From: Selaginella moellendorffii
Taxonomy: Eukaryota > Plantae > Lycopodiophyta
Assembly: GCF_000143415.4 (NCBI RefSeq)
Contig: NW_003314282.1
Coordinates: forward strand, 1,135,374 to 1,199,373
DNA: 64,000 nt
Reading direction: 5' to 3'
Shown here: positions 10,347-22,079 of the stretch, piece by piece
Layout: every line of letters starts with the position of its first letter
How positions within the stretch are numbered: position 1 is the first letter of the stretch
The notes under the pieces: generated by a model
The model's database searches: none
What the model saw: the letters and a program-made list of their open reading frames with translations, nothing else
What the model was told of the DNA's origin: nothing
Made by a program: the position numbers and the translations under genes

Positions 10347-12786
10347 TCACGCTGGGAATGCTTGCTTTGGCGCTAGAGCACGCAATGCACAGGCTGCCGC
10401 TTTGACGCGTACAGGATTCTGGAAGACAGAGTTACCTCAGTACGGACTAAGAAATTTGCGAGCACAATCTTGCCTTTCCCATGATGTTAATGACAGGAGC
10501 GCCTTTGTCATCTTGCTGGTGGTAGCAACCTGTAAATTATATGAATCGACATGTTTAATAAGACAGCCATCATACCAAGTGTCAAATCCGGGTACTCTGC
10601 AGCCAATTGGGAGAAAGGCTTCGCTATTTCTACCTGTAAACAAAGGGCATAGGAGATCGAAACAAAAGCTTGTGAAATACGTACTTTAGACAATTGTGTT
10701 TCGAGCCGTATCAAGCAAAAGGGGTGCTGGGTAGCGAGAAAGTCGCGGCTTTTGCTCAGCTCCAAAAGGCACTGGTATTGTAGCTTGAAGTCCCTAATCG
10801 TTGGACCCGACAGTACAAACACGTTTCGACATTTTATCTGAGAAGTACATGGTAAGGAGAAAAAAAAGCACGTAATCGAGAGAATTTACCACTGGGATAG
10901 AGAGCCGTTTGTGATGCAAAAGCTCAGTGATTCCTTCTGGCAATCTCGCCATCTGCTTTTAAAAATTCTTTGGGACCCAGAAAAATAAAAAGAAAACCAC
11001 ACTACCGCATTCTGATCCCCTGCACAGTTGTCTCCAACAAGTTGACGAAGATACTCTTCAAACTCTTCATCGGGAGCCTGATTTCTAAAAATAAGATCAA
11101 GTTCACGTATACATTCTAAACTTACCAATCGAACTCCAAAAGCTTTTGCCACGCCGCCCAGGGTTACATCACAATGCAAAGGTCCAACACCCCCACAAAC
11201 TAAGACCTGTCAGCTTCAATGTTACTCCTGTACACAAATAAAATATTGGAGCTTACAATATCGCTCGCACTTGATCTCTGTTCGATTTCCTCGGCAACTG
11301 CGTCAATCTGCCTCGAAAAATAGCTTAGCTCACCTCTACATGCTAAAACACGGGAACCACTTACATCATTTGGAACGACTGCACGACGCGTAACAGTCCA
11401 GCCTAGAGAGAAAAGCTCTTTGCTTAAGAATGTACCCATCTGGTCGTCCATATCTCCTCTCCTGTAATACTGAAGTTAAACCAGCACAAAGCTCCAGGAG
11501 GAAAAACTTACAAGAGCTCATCACCGACTGACAAGACAGATGCAGCATATAAAGTATCAACGTTGGCCTGAGTATCCGTATTTTCAACACCATTTGCAAC
11601 ACCCGGGCCCTGATAGTCCTTTCTCGGTTGCTTTCTCAACCGTCCCGCCCTTTCAAGCCTTCCATCGCGCAATAAGTAAGCTGGCTTGTAAGCCTTCTTT
11701 CTCGACAATCCTAACTCAGGGCAATCTTTTTCCACCGAAGAATCGATATACAATGCTTCATTCGGAACGGTATCATGTACGCTTCCAATAGATGTGTACC
11801 TGGTATAACCACGAACTATATTAACCAGAGTCAGATGAAGATTCGTTCGATGGAAGTGCCCTCACCCTTGATCATATAATTTACAGTAAGGAACTTTGCA
11901 AGCCAGTAAAAATGCCCATACGTCTCTGAAAAGTACAAATAGTGGTGGCATTTCGTGTGAGTCTAAAAATCGTACCTGTAAGACCAATCTAGGATTGGAT
12001 TCACGCGCATGAACGGCGGCCAGCCAGTAGAACTTGGTGAGAACTGCTCTTGCCCCACCTACACAAAATAAACAAACGAAACGTTTTGCATCAATCAGTC
12101 GAGATACCACGAAACATACTGCATTCGGATCGCCAATTCTCGTGCCTAAGAATATAGCCTTAATAGGCTTGTTTTTTAATAGAGCTTCCAAACCTGACTT
12201 GAAGTCTTGCCTTAAAACTTCAAGCTCTAAGTTATATCTGGAAACACAAATGCAAAGTTAAACACAAAGTTAGAAGCAAGAGAAAAAAAAAAAGGAAAAT
12301 CGCGTACTCTTGTGCTGTCTCGTATGTGAAGGAATCAATCTCTGGGAAAGCATCGGGACCTTCGAAATAAATCGTTCGAATCCGATCTTCAGCATCTGCC
12401 GGCAGTGACAATTTAGACTTCAAAGCTGCACAGCCAGCTCTTAAAAGATGAAGAAGAACCTAAACCAGACAGAGAAAGATATAAGATTGACCTCTTATCA
12501 GCTCTTTTGGTATTTGTATCTCTATCTCAAGAATCTAACGCTAGAAAACACAAACGAATTCCACACAGTCCCACCATACCGTCGAGTCTTTTCCCCCATT
12601 GAAGCTAAATGCGACCTCATCCGGCCTGGAAAAACCAAAATCCCAGCTCAAAACCCCTCAATCTCTCCAAAATCAGCCGAAGCACCTGTAGAGCGCCAGC
12701 GTTCGATCGATCACAAACATCGCGTGCTTGTACTTGGCCTGGAGCCTCCGATCGCAGCTCGCGTCCACAGCCCGGCAAATCTCCAT
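10347..12786 (-). CDS. FAD synthase (PAPS-reductase-like domain plus molybdopterin-binding/CinA-like domain)
   Basis: MEICRAVD start, [55 protein letters not shown]; the last intron is GC-AG. Confidence 0.9.
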
Positions 12787-12855
12787 CCCTGTAGCTCCCA
12801 AGAGCCCTAAACAGGAGAACCCATAATAAACACAAGGGGTTTTTTTTGGAGCAAC

Positions 12856-12893
12856 GAATATTCCCATAGACGTGATCGACGATTCGCATATCC
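12856..12893. promoter_or_regulatory. Two P1BS (GNATATNC) motifs in the divergent FAD synthase/PHL promoter
   Basis: GAATATTC at 12856-12863 and GCATATCC at 12886-12893. Confidence 0.45.
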
Positions 12894-13308
12894 CTGGGTG
12901 CGCCTACAATATTCCCCGCGTCAACAGGCTCGGCTTCGCAGACCTGAATTTAAACGCCCGCCGGGGCTATACCGTAGCTCGAGCCTGAGGCTCGGTAGCC
13001 CAGGCCTGGGCCCTTGTTTGCTGGAGTTCTTTCTTCCCTTCCTCCATTCTGCTGAAAGCGCTTGGCTATGGCGTGCGCTTTCTCGACTCGACGCCAGGGT
13101 TTCTCGTCGCGACAGGGGGCTCGAGCTAGCGCGTGGGGTGTTGGAGGGCTGGATCGTCTTCGGCGCCGCGAGAGCTCGCTGTTGACTCAAGAATCGCGGG
13201 GAGGAATGAAATTTCCAGGTTCTGCTCGAGCATTGCTTCTTGCCTAGGTGATCCGGCGGTCCTAGATCAGCAGTAGGAGTGGTAATCGTCCATATTTCGT
13301 GCGCGTCG

Positions 13309-14554
13309 ATGATGCTGCAACCCAAGAACTCGCCGTCGAGCGTTGTGGCGGCAGCGCCGGTAGCTCCACAGGTCCCCAGCAGCCCAGCGGCAGCGGGGGA
13401 TTTGGTTTGCTTCTCCACACCTCCTCCAGCGGCGGCGGTGCCATCAACGCCAGCAGCGGCACTAGCAAACAATGTAGCAAGCACTCCAGCGGCATCCAGC
13501 GGCAACGTCGCGTCCGTTAAGCAGAGGCTCCGATGGACTCCCGAGCTCCATGACCGCTTCATGGAAGCCGTGAACCAGCTTGGTGGCTCTGACAGTGAGT
13601 ACTAGGACCACAGTCCATTTCTTTCTTTGATTCTTTCGCTTCTAAGAGCTAATGTTCTATTGTTGGTTTGTTTTTTTTCTTGCAGAGGCTACTCCCAAAG
13701 GTGTTCTTGGGCTGATGGGCGTTCAAGGACTCACAATTTACCACATCAAAAGTCATTTACAGGCAAGGATCTTAAATTTGTTGTTGCCAGTTCTGATGGA
13801 GACGTGATTGTTTCTATAGAAGTTTCGGCTCGCCAAGTATCTTCCTGACACTTTGGGCGATGGTAAGCTACTACGAGTCCTGTCGCCAGAGCTTTGTCTT
13901 TACGTTCTTTTTCTTTCTTCTGTGTCACAGGCGAACTCGAGAAAGGGAGGGACCTCGAGGCAGATTCACGGTACTCTCCTAAAGTTTTTTCCATTCTTTG
14001 CTTGTCTAGTACTATATATTTGTTTTTCCCCGTCCAGTGGCAGGCAACTTAGCGAGGCATTGCGAATGCAAATGGAAGTTCAAAAGCGACTGCATGAACA
14101 GCTCGAGGTAATCAAACGGTTGACGTCTTTGTGGATCTTTCTCAAAACATGTTCTTTTACTTCTCGACAGGTGCAAAGACACTTGCAGCTTCGGATCGAG
14201 GCACAGGGGAAATACCTGCAAAGGATACTCGAGGAGCAGCAGAAGATGAACAAGCTCTTGCGTGGCGACGATGGCCTCCCCCTCTCGCCGATCAAACTAG
14301 ACGCGGATCCAGACCCGGAGCCAGACCCCGCGATCGACCTCACGGACGACAGTGCAGAGGACGAGGAGCACAAGCCAACAACAGCGGATGTAATTCTAGT
14401 CGACGAGGAGAAGCTAGCAGGAGGATCATTGGCAGCAGCAGCGGTAGACAGTGGAGAAGAACCTCATGCAAAGAGGAAGAAGGTGGACGATCTTCAACAC
14501 TCGCAGCACAAGGACAATGGCGCGGAGGGCGATGCGAAGGAGAATGGCCGCTGA
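13309..14554 (+). CDS. PHR1-like (MYB-CC/GARP) transcription factor
   Basis: [14 protein letters not shown]...ATPKGVL...[14 protein letters not shown] and [34 protein letters not shown]; start codon uncertain. Confidence 0.93.
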
Positions 14555-15734
14555 CGAGATAAGCTTCTCTTCCATCCTTTTTTTTTTCCTTCTCTCGGGC
14601 TCCACACAAAACACTGACTCTACTTACAGCGATTGAATTTTAACTCTTAAAAGACACAGCGTTGCTAGCAGCAAAAAGTGTACCACTACATAGAATATAT
14701 ATCGAAAAGGAGAGATTGACAATGTATGAGTTGCTCCTCGCAATTGTTCTCCACGACATAAATGCTTTGTGAAGCAAGCTAGTGCTGTTGCTTATGCTGC
14801 CTAGTGCAGATGGACAGTAGCTTCACCAGTGTTCAAGTGTTCAAGTTCTCCGATAGCAGTTGTAATCTTTAGCAACAAGCAGGCTTCTTAAATGATTTTT
14901 AAGGTGGATTTCTAGAGATTCAAATGCTTTTTGATTATTTGTTTCATCCCTCTTTTACCTTAACCTTTTATTCTCCGTAGAATTGTTTAATAATTTAAAG
15001 AACAGTAGGATTAAAACCTAATTCAACAAAAGCAAAAATTGTGATTGAAAATTTCTTAATTAACTATTTGTATCCTAAATAAGTTAGATTTTGTTTATAT
15101 TCACAATTTTAAATATTAATTATTAAACTATTCATGTTTTTTAGTGTTATTTAGAGTGATATTACTAAAATGTTCAAATGTTATAAATGATAGTATTAGT
15201 TTTTATTGGGGATGCTTGTGCAAATTTGCAATTATACAAAATTAATAGTAGTAACAATTATAAAAGTTTAATTATCTCAAAAGTTGAGGTATATAAATAT
15301 TTGTAAATCTTTATAAAATGAAAATCTTAAAGCCTACCATATCCTTTAAAATGTTTCTTGTGATATATTAATATATATGATGCTATTGTTGTGTTAGCTA
15401 GCCTTATGAATATTTGCAATATAATTTTTTGTGCTTCACTTTCCAGTAAACGAAACGAAGTGATTTGCAATCCCAAAACTTATTGTGTTGAGCTAATAGA
15501 TTATGGATGTCTTTGATGGCATCATCAAATCAAAATCCAAAATTGGGAGAGATTTTAAATTCTATTTAATGCCAAGAGACTGAATATTTTTTATGTGAAT
15601 AACTTTTTTTAATGCTTTATGAATAAAATAATCAACTTTACCTAAAAATATTCTTTTCTATAAAGTATTATACTTTTTGAATAGTTTAGGTCAAAATTAA
15701 CTTTTATAATTTAGTTTTAATAGTATTTATAAAT

Positions 15735-16121
15735 TGTCAAGACCCTCAACAAGATCAAGACTGGAAAATGCTAAAGACAAAGAGAAAATGCTAGTGAAAA
15801 CAAAGAACAGGCCTTAGACTGGTGTTGATTCAGATTGTGGAGAAATGGAACAAGGCTAACCTATATATACTATAGGTTGATGAAGCTCCACCACTCTTGG
15901 ATCGAGGACGGCCTAAATACAGCTGAGGTCGAGGAGGCGCCACATCATCATCAGGAATGTGGCTCGAGACTTAGGAATCGGGAAGTGTCTCGAGACTTAG
16001 GAATCGGGAAGTGTCTCGAGAGTCAGGAATAGGGAAGTGTCTCGAGAGTCAGGAATGTGGTCTGCAGGTCAGGAATCCGGCGAGAGTCAGGAATGTGGCA
16101 AGAATTGAGGGATTCCTGATA
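15735..16121 (-). repeat. 3' LTR
   Basis: Direct repeat of 20578-20964 with about 7 mismatches by eye; adjacent to the PPT. Confidence 0.95.
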
Positions 16122-16132
16122 GCACCCCCTCC

Positions 16133-19100
16133 TCAAGAACGAGTGGAACGAGGATGTGAATGAGAACGAAGAGGAGGATGAGATGAGCGGCGAGGGATGG
16201 GAGAGGGAGAAAAAAAATGAGGACTGGGATGAGAAGGATAGCGGCGGTGGAAGTCCTGAACAAGGTCAGGAGAATGAATTAGGTTGTCCGCAGGTTCCCA
16301 AGTGCGTTCCTCAGGTCCGTAACCCTTCCAGTCCACTAGATAGTAGAGTTTAGACTGTGAAATCTTGGAATCAAGGATGTCCTGAACCTCGTACTCAGAC
16401 CCATCCTCGAGCTGCACTGGTGGAGGCGGAGGAATGACTCGATTTGGAATAGGACTGGGAATATAAGGCTCAAGGAGAGAGGAGTGAAAAACAGGGTGAA
16501 TTTGATATGAGGAGGGAAGTGCAAGGTGATAAGTGACAGGATTAATGATGGCAGTGATAGGGAAAGGACCAAGGCGTTTGAAATCGAGTTTTGGACAGGG
16601 CCTGGTGGTGGAGATATTTCGCCTGAGGAGCCAGACTTTATCCCCGATATTGTAAGGGGGACAATCCTGACGATGGACATTGGCAAATGTTTTATGAGAT
16701 TCCTGAGCACGATGGAGGTGGAAGGAGATAGAGTTGTGGATTTCCTGGAGGTTGGAGATAAATGCCTCAGAGCGGGGATTTGAACGAGAGGATTCAGATG
16801 GAGAAGGAAGTGAGAGATTGAATCGGGGATTTCGGCCAGAGTTCGCAAAGAAGGGGGAAACTCGAAGAGAGGAGTGAACAGAGTTGTTATAGGAAAACTC
16901 AGCAAGGGGAAGGATATCGAACCAGTTATCCTGATGATAGTTGATGAAGCACCTCAAGAATTGTTCCAACGTCTGAATCGTTCGCTCGGACTGCCCATCA
17001 GTTTGAGGATGATATGCCGAAGAGAGGTTGGCCTTCACTCCAAGCAGCTCCAAAAACCGTTGCTAGAAATGAGAGATGAACTGAGGCCCCCGATCCGAAA
17101 CCACATCTGTAGGAATCCCATGAAGTCGGAAAATTTCCCTGAATACCAGTTTTGCCATGTCCTCGCCCGAAAACTCCTTGGAACATGGCAAGAAGTGCGC
17201 CATCTTTGTGAAGCGATCCACCACGACTAAAATGCTGTTGAAGCCTCCAGAACTCGGAAGATCACTCAAGAAATTCATGGAGATGGATTCCCAAGGACCT
17301 GAAGGGACCGGAAGGGAACAAAGCAAACCTGAAGGAAGGTTGTGAGGTACCTTATTCTAGGCACAAGTGTCACAGGAGGTAACAAAAGCTTTGATGTAGT
17401 TGTCCATGTGAGGCCACCAAAAGTCCCGTGCAACTAGCTCATAGGTTTTCGCAATGCCAAAGTGACCAGCAGTCGGGCTATCGTGGCACGCCATCAGGAC
17501 CAACCTTCGAGCATCACCTTCAGGAACGTAAAGCTGCTCCCCACGGTACAATAAGCCATCTAAGAACTCGAACTCGTCAAATCGCCGGCAGTCGGGAGTC
17601 ACTGGGTGTCTAGCTTGAAGATGGGGGAAAATGTCGCTAGCGAGATCATCGGATTGAAGATTGTTTCTGATTGCATCCATCAAGGAGGAGTCCTGAGGGG
17701 CCAGGGAAATTGCCATAACTTGAAGCCGATCAGGACCGAGGATAACTTGATCCTGTTGATCGAAGGCAGGATTACCAGGCCTGAGACTGAGATAGGAGCG
17801 CCTTGAAAGAGCATCAGGAAGGCCTTGAAACTTTCCAGGTCTGTACTTGATAACAAAGTCAAACCGACTCAGGAATTGTGCCCACCTTGCTTGACGACGG
17901 CTTAAAACTTGGGAAGTGGCAAAGTACTCGAGATTTTTGTGATCCGTCCAGACTGTTGTTTGATGGCTCGCCCCCTCCAAAAAACGGCGCCACTCTCCAA
18001 AGGAATCCACGATAGCAAGGAGCTCCTTGTCGTGGATTTCGTAATTGATCTCCGCAGGCTGGAATTTCCGAGAATGGAAAGCGACCAGATGAAGTTCGTG
18101 ATCCGCTCCAAGTTGAGACAGCACAGCACCAATGGCAAAGTCGGAGGCGTCAGCCTCGATGAAGAAAGGTTGTGAGGAATCAGCATGGATCAAGACAGGA
18201 GCAGAACTGAAGGCCGCCTTGAGTGTGTCGAAGGCCTGCTGGGCAGCAGCAGACCAAGAGAAGGGAACATCCTTGCGAGTGAGATGTGTGAGAGGAAGGA
18301 CAATGTCAGAGTAGTGATCAATGAATTTGCGGTAGAAGTTGGCGAAGCCAAGGAAAACCTGAACGTCCGACATTGATTGTGGAGGCTCCCATTCGAGAAT
18401 AGTCTTGACTTTAGCAGGATCCATCGTGATACCCTTAGGAGTGACAATGTACCCAAGGAACTCCACAGACTGCTGATCAAAGGAACATTTCTCAAGCTTT
18501 GCGTATAGGCCGTGTTCTCGCAGCTTCGCTAGCACCTTGCGAACATGTTCGTCATGCTCCTCCTGAGTTTTTGAGTAGATGAGGATGTCATCGAGGTAGA
18601 CGATCACCATCTGATCAAGAAACTCCCGAAAAACATCGTTTGCCATGTGTTGGAAAACCGCTGGAGCATTTGTCAAGCCAAATGGCATGACAGTGTACTC
18701 GAAGTGGCCATAGCGGGTTCGGAACGCAATCTTCCATTCATCACCAGGCCGGATCCGGATCAGGTTGTATGCTCCACGGAGGTCGATCTTGGTGAAGAAA
18801 CGGGCACCGCTGAGGCGTTCCAACAGGTCCGAGATCAGGGTCAGCGGATAACGGTTCCGAACAGTCACCTTGTTCAAACCTCGGTAGTCGATGACTAGCC
18901 GCAAGCTCCCATCCTTCTTCTTGACAAAGAAGACAGGCGCTCCAACCGGGGACTGCGAATGCTGAATGTAGCCCGAGGCAAGGTTCTCATCCACGTACTC
19001 TTTGAGGGCCTTAAGCTCGGACGGGGATAACCCGTAGATAGGCCCCCACAGAGGTGACGCTCCTTCCTGTAAATCAATGGGACAATCATAAGGCCGATGA

Positions 19101-19535
19101 ACAGGAAGTACACTAGCTTTTTTCTTGTCAAACACATCCCCAAAATCATGATACTTCTCAGGAAGACTGACAGGAGAAACATGCAAAGCAAAAAGAAAAA
19201 GAGGTTCTTCATGAAGGAGTTCCAGAAGATGGAGACACAAAATGCCCGCCGATGCCTTCAACCCTCAGATCCCGTATGGTAGGAGAAAGAGGAACGTGAT
19301 ATCGGGCAGCAAAGTCCGTGTCCATGAAGCAGGAAGTTGCACCCGAGTCCAGTAGCGCCAAAGCCTTGAGTCCTGATTGTCCGGTGAAAGAAAGGAGATA
19401 TGGGACGCGGAAGTTGCGGGAATTGGTGGTGGCTTTGATGAAAGGTGGTGAGGAGCTTGATAAGGAAGAAAAGTGATTTTTATTTGGGGAGTCCAAACAG
19501 ACAGCTCCTACTCTGTTTGGACAGGGTCGTTTCCC
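16133..19535 (-). pseudogene. pol: pol (PR-RT-RNaseH-IN-chromodomain) with a deletion/frameshift in the protease and two TAG stops in the integrase
   Basis: LLDSGATSCF; LRLVIDYRGLN, MPFGLTNAPA, YLDDILI; EADASDFAIG; HHCC; SDRGPQF, YHPQTDGQSE; YEVQDILD...YLVDWKGY...TWEP; stops at 17357 and 17063. Confidence 0.92.
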
Positions 19536-20479
19536 AACTGCAACAGAAGTGGACTTTGAGGCAGAGTGAACTCGAGCAATCGGGGAGGCTTCCTGGGACA
19601 CACAGCTGCTTTGTGATTAGGATCAGCACAGTAGAGGCAAAGATTATGAGATATTCGACGTTGCCTCTCAGCAGGACTCAACTTCCCTCTAATGAGTTGG
19701 GGAGTACCAGAAATATCCATCGGGACCGGAGCAGTAGGTTCAGGACTATGCCCCGAAGACTCAAGCTGGGATTCCTGAGTCTGGGACGGAAAAACAGCGG
19801 CGCGGCGACTTTCCTGACGACGTTCAAAGAGACGATTGTCACATCGAACAGCTTTGTTGATGGCGTCCGACAGGTCCTTGGGATCCTCCATGGTGAGCAA
19901 CAAATCCTTGACACCGTTGTTGAGGCCGAAACGAAATTGGTCAATCAGGGCCTGCTCATGCCACTGAGTGTCCAAGGCAAGGAGTTGGAACTCTGCAGCG
20001 TAGATCGAGGCAGGACGAGACCCCTAAGAGAGACGTCTCATCTTTGTGGTAGCAGCCCGAACCCGATCCGTCTCGCCAAAACATGCCTCGAGCTTCTCTT
20101 TGAACAATTGAAGATCCATCAGCTCCAGAACCACAACCCCTTTCATGCTCTTCTCCAGAAGAGGAGAAAACCATGACAAAGCTGCACCCTTGAGCAACGT
20201 CCCAATCGCGCCGATTTGAGACTCGGGAGTGGGGTATCGCCGATGTTGAAGTGCAAAGATCAGCTCCATTTGGTTCAAAAATCCACGAAGCTCCGAACGC
20301 TTGCCTGAAAATTTCGCCGGGAAACTCACCTTCGGTTCAGGAACTTTGCTGGATCCTTGAGCCGAAAGTGAAGCAAGCTCCTGCTGCATGCGAAGAAGGG
20401 TCGCCTTCAGCTCGGTATTCTCAGACTGGATTTTTGCAAGGACTTCGGCAAAGAAATCAAGATGGCTTGGAGACTCCAT
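19508..20479 (-). pseudogene. gag: gag, interrupted by an in-frame TAG at 20024-20026
   Basis: FSGKRSELRGFL, GAALSWF, LS*GSRPASIYAAEF, FRFGL, CLYCADPNHKAAVC. Confidence 0.9.
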
Positions 20480-20577
20480 TGGCAAGAAGAAAGAAAAGAA
20501 AAGGGGGAAAAAGACAAAGGCAATTAAATAATCAAAACGAGCTAAAAGAAAAGCAAAAAACACAATCTGAATCAAAT

Positions 20578-20964
20578 TGTCAAGACCCTCAACAAGATCA
20601 AGACTGGAAAATGCTAAAGACAAAGAGAAAATGCTAGTGAAAACAAAGAAGAAGCCTTAGACTGGTGTTGATTCAGATTGTGGAGAAATGGAACAAGGCT
20701 AACCTATATATACTATAGGTTGATGAAGCTCCACCACTCTTGGATCGAGGACGGCCTAAATACAGCTGAGGTCGAGGAGGCGCCACATCATCATCAGGAA
20801 TGTGGCTCAAGACTCAGGAATCGGGAAGTGTCTCGAGACTCAGGAATCGGGAAGTGTCTCGAGAGTCAGGAATAGGGAAGTGTCTCGAGAGTCAGGAATG
20901 TGGTCTACAGGTCAGGAATCCGGCGAGAGTCAGGAATGTGGCAAGAATTGGGGGATTCCTGATA
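20578..20964 (-). repeat. 5' LTR (TATA box at 20705-20712; 26-bp tandem repeats in U3)
   Basis: Direct repeat of 15735-16121, upstream of gag. Confidence 0.95.
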
Positions 20965-22079
20965 TAAATATAATAAAAAAACTATATTCTGTACTCAACA
21001 TTAAGTGATGGTATATCAAATGTGGATTGACTTAATTTTAGAAATGTGTAGAATCATGATTAAATCTTTAAGTGTTAATACAAAAATATTAAACAACTTT
21101 AATAATAAAAGTATATATTATATTTTTATATGTAGCCTTAGCTATTTACAATATAGCTCATTATCAAAAAAAAAACTATGATAATGTATGAAGTATTTAA
21201 TTGAACAATAATATTTTAAAATCTTTTTACTAATTGCAAATATAGTTTATTAGAATGTAACTTTCTCATGAACGTTTTACTCAAAAAATAATATCCAGCC
21301 TAAGTAACAAAAGCATTACACATCTATAAAAATTTGACAACTATGAAGTAATTAAGCAAAAGGTGCAACATAATACTATGGAATATAAAATTTAAATTTA
21401 TAGTTTCTATAAAATATATATATACAAATATTTATTTTTTTGATTGGATATGGGTAGTTATATATTAATGTTCCTAAACACTTATTGTTTTATTTTCTGA
21501 GTAAAACCTATCATCAATTAATGTCTTGTAGTAATTATTCTCTTTTATTTGATAAAATCATAATAATTTATCCCAAGTAAAAATATAATTTAAATATATA
21601 ACATATTTTTAATAATATGAAATTCATTTTTACTTTTTTTCTTTTTCAGTTATTTTCTAAATATATTCATATTTCTGAATAATAATTTGTATATAATCTT
21701 TTTATGAATTAATATTTATTCTTACTTATGCCTAGGAATATATTTGTTCTAAATATTTATATTATCAAGTTTACAAGAATTGATTTTTATATTCTTCTAG
21801 CATTTTCTAGACATTATTCTCTCAATCAAAGTGGAATACAATATTTGTTGTTTTGATACTATTCCAATTTAATTTTTGATATATTAAAAAATCAAAATAG
21901 TATTTTGCTTGGCAAATGCTAGCCTAAACTTTCTGAGTCATCGGATCCAGCCAATTGCAATTGTCCAATGGAGGGTAATTGTGTGATAAGTGTCATATAC
22001 AATGTGTTAACTATGACTGTGCTTATCACCTGTTAAGTGAATTGGTTTTGTTTTGTAATTTTTTTCTAGGGTTTATGAA

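Larger units (their letters stand above)
15735..20964 (-). mobile_element. Ty3/gypsy chromovirus LTR retrotransposon (Tf1/Sushi/Tcn1-like) with both LTRs, inactivated
   Basis: 387-bp LTRs, 5-bp TSD TAAAT (15730-15734 and 20965-20969), PPT GAGGAGGGGG (16125-16134); gag with CCHC knuckle, protease LLDSGA, RT YLDD, RNase H EADAS, integrase, chromodomain. Confidence 0.97.

Noticed and set aside
12921-13562. 213-aa minus-strand ORF and similar long antisense ORFs (19445-20176, 58092-58715, 31857-32486)
   Set aside because: Shadow frames of GC-rich genuine coding exons, with no recognisable motifs
15835-16032. 65-aa plus-strand ORF repeated at 20678-20875
   Set aside because: Antisense, non-ATG ORF made from LTR tandem repeats
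15950-16100. Repeats resembling a CRISPR array
   Set aside because: Head-to-tail units without unique spacers, inside both LTRs of a eukaryotic retroelement; no cas genes
20024-20026. TAG in gag as a programmed read-through site
   Set aside because: It falls mid-capsid at a position normally Gln (LxQG), best explained by CAG-to-TAG; the real gag-pol junction has a -1 frameshift signal
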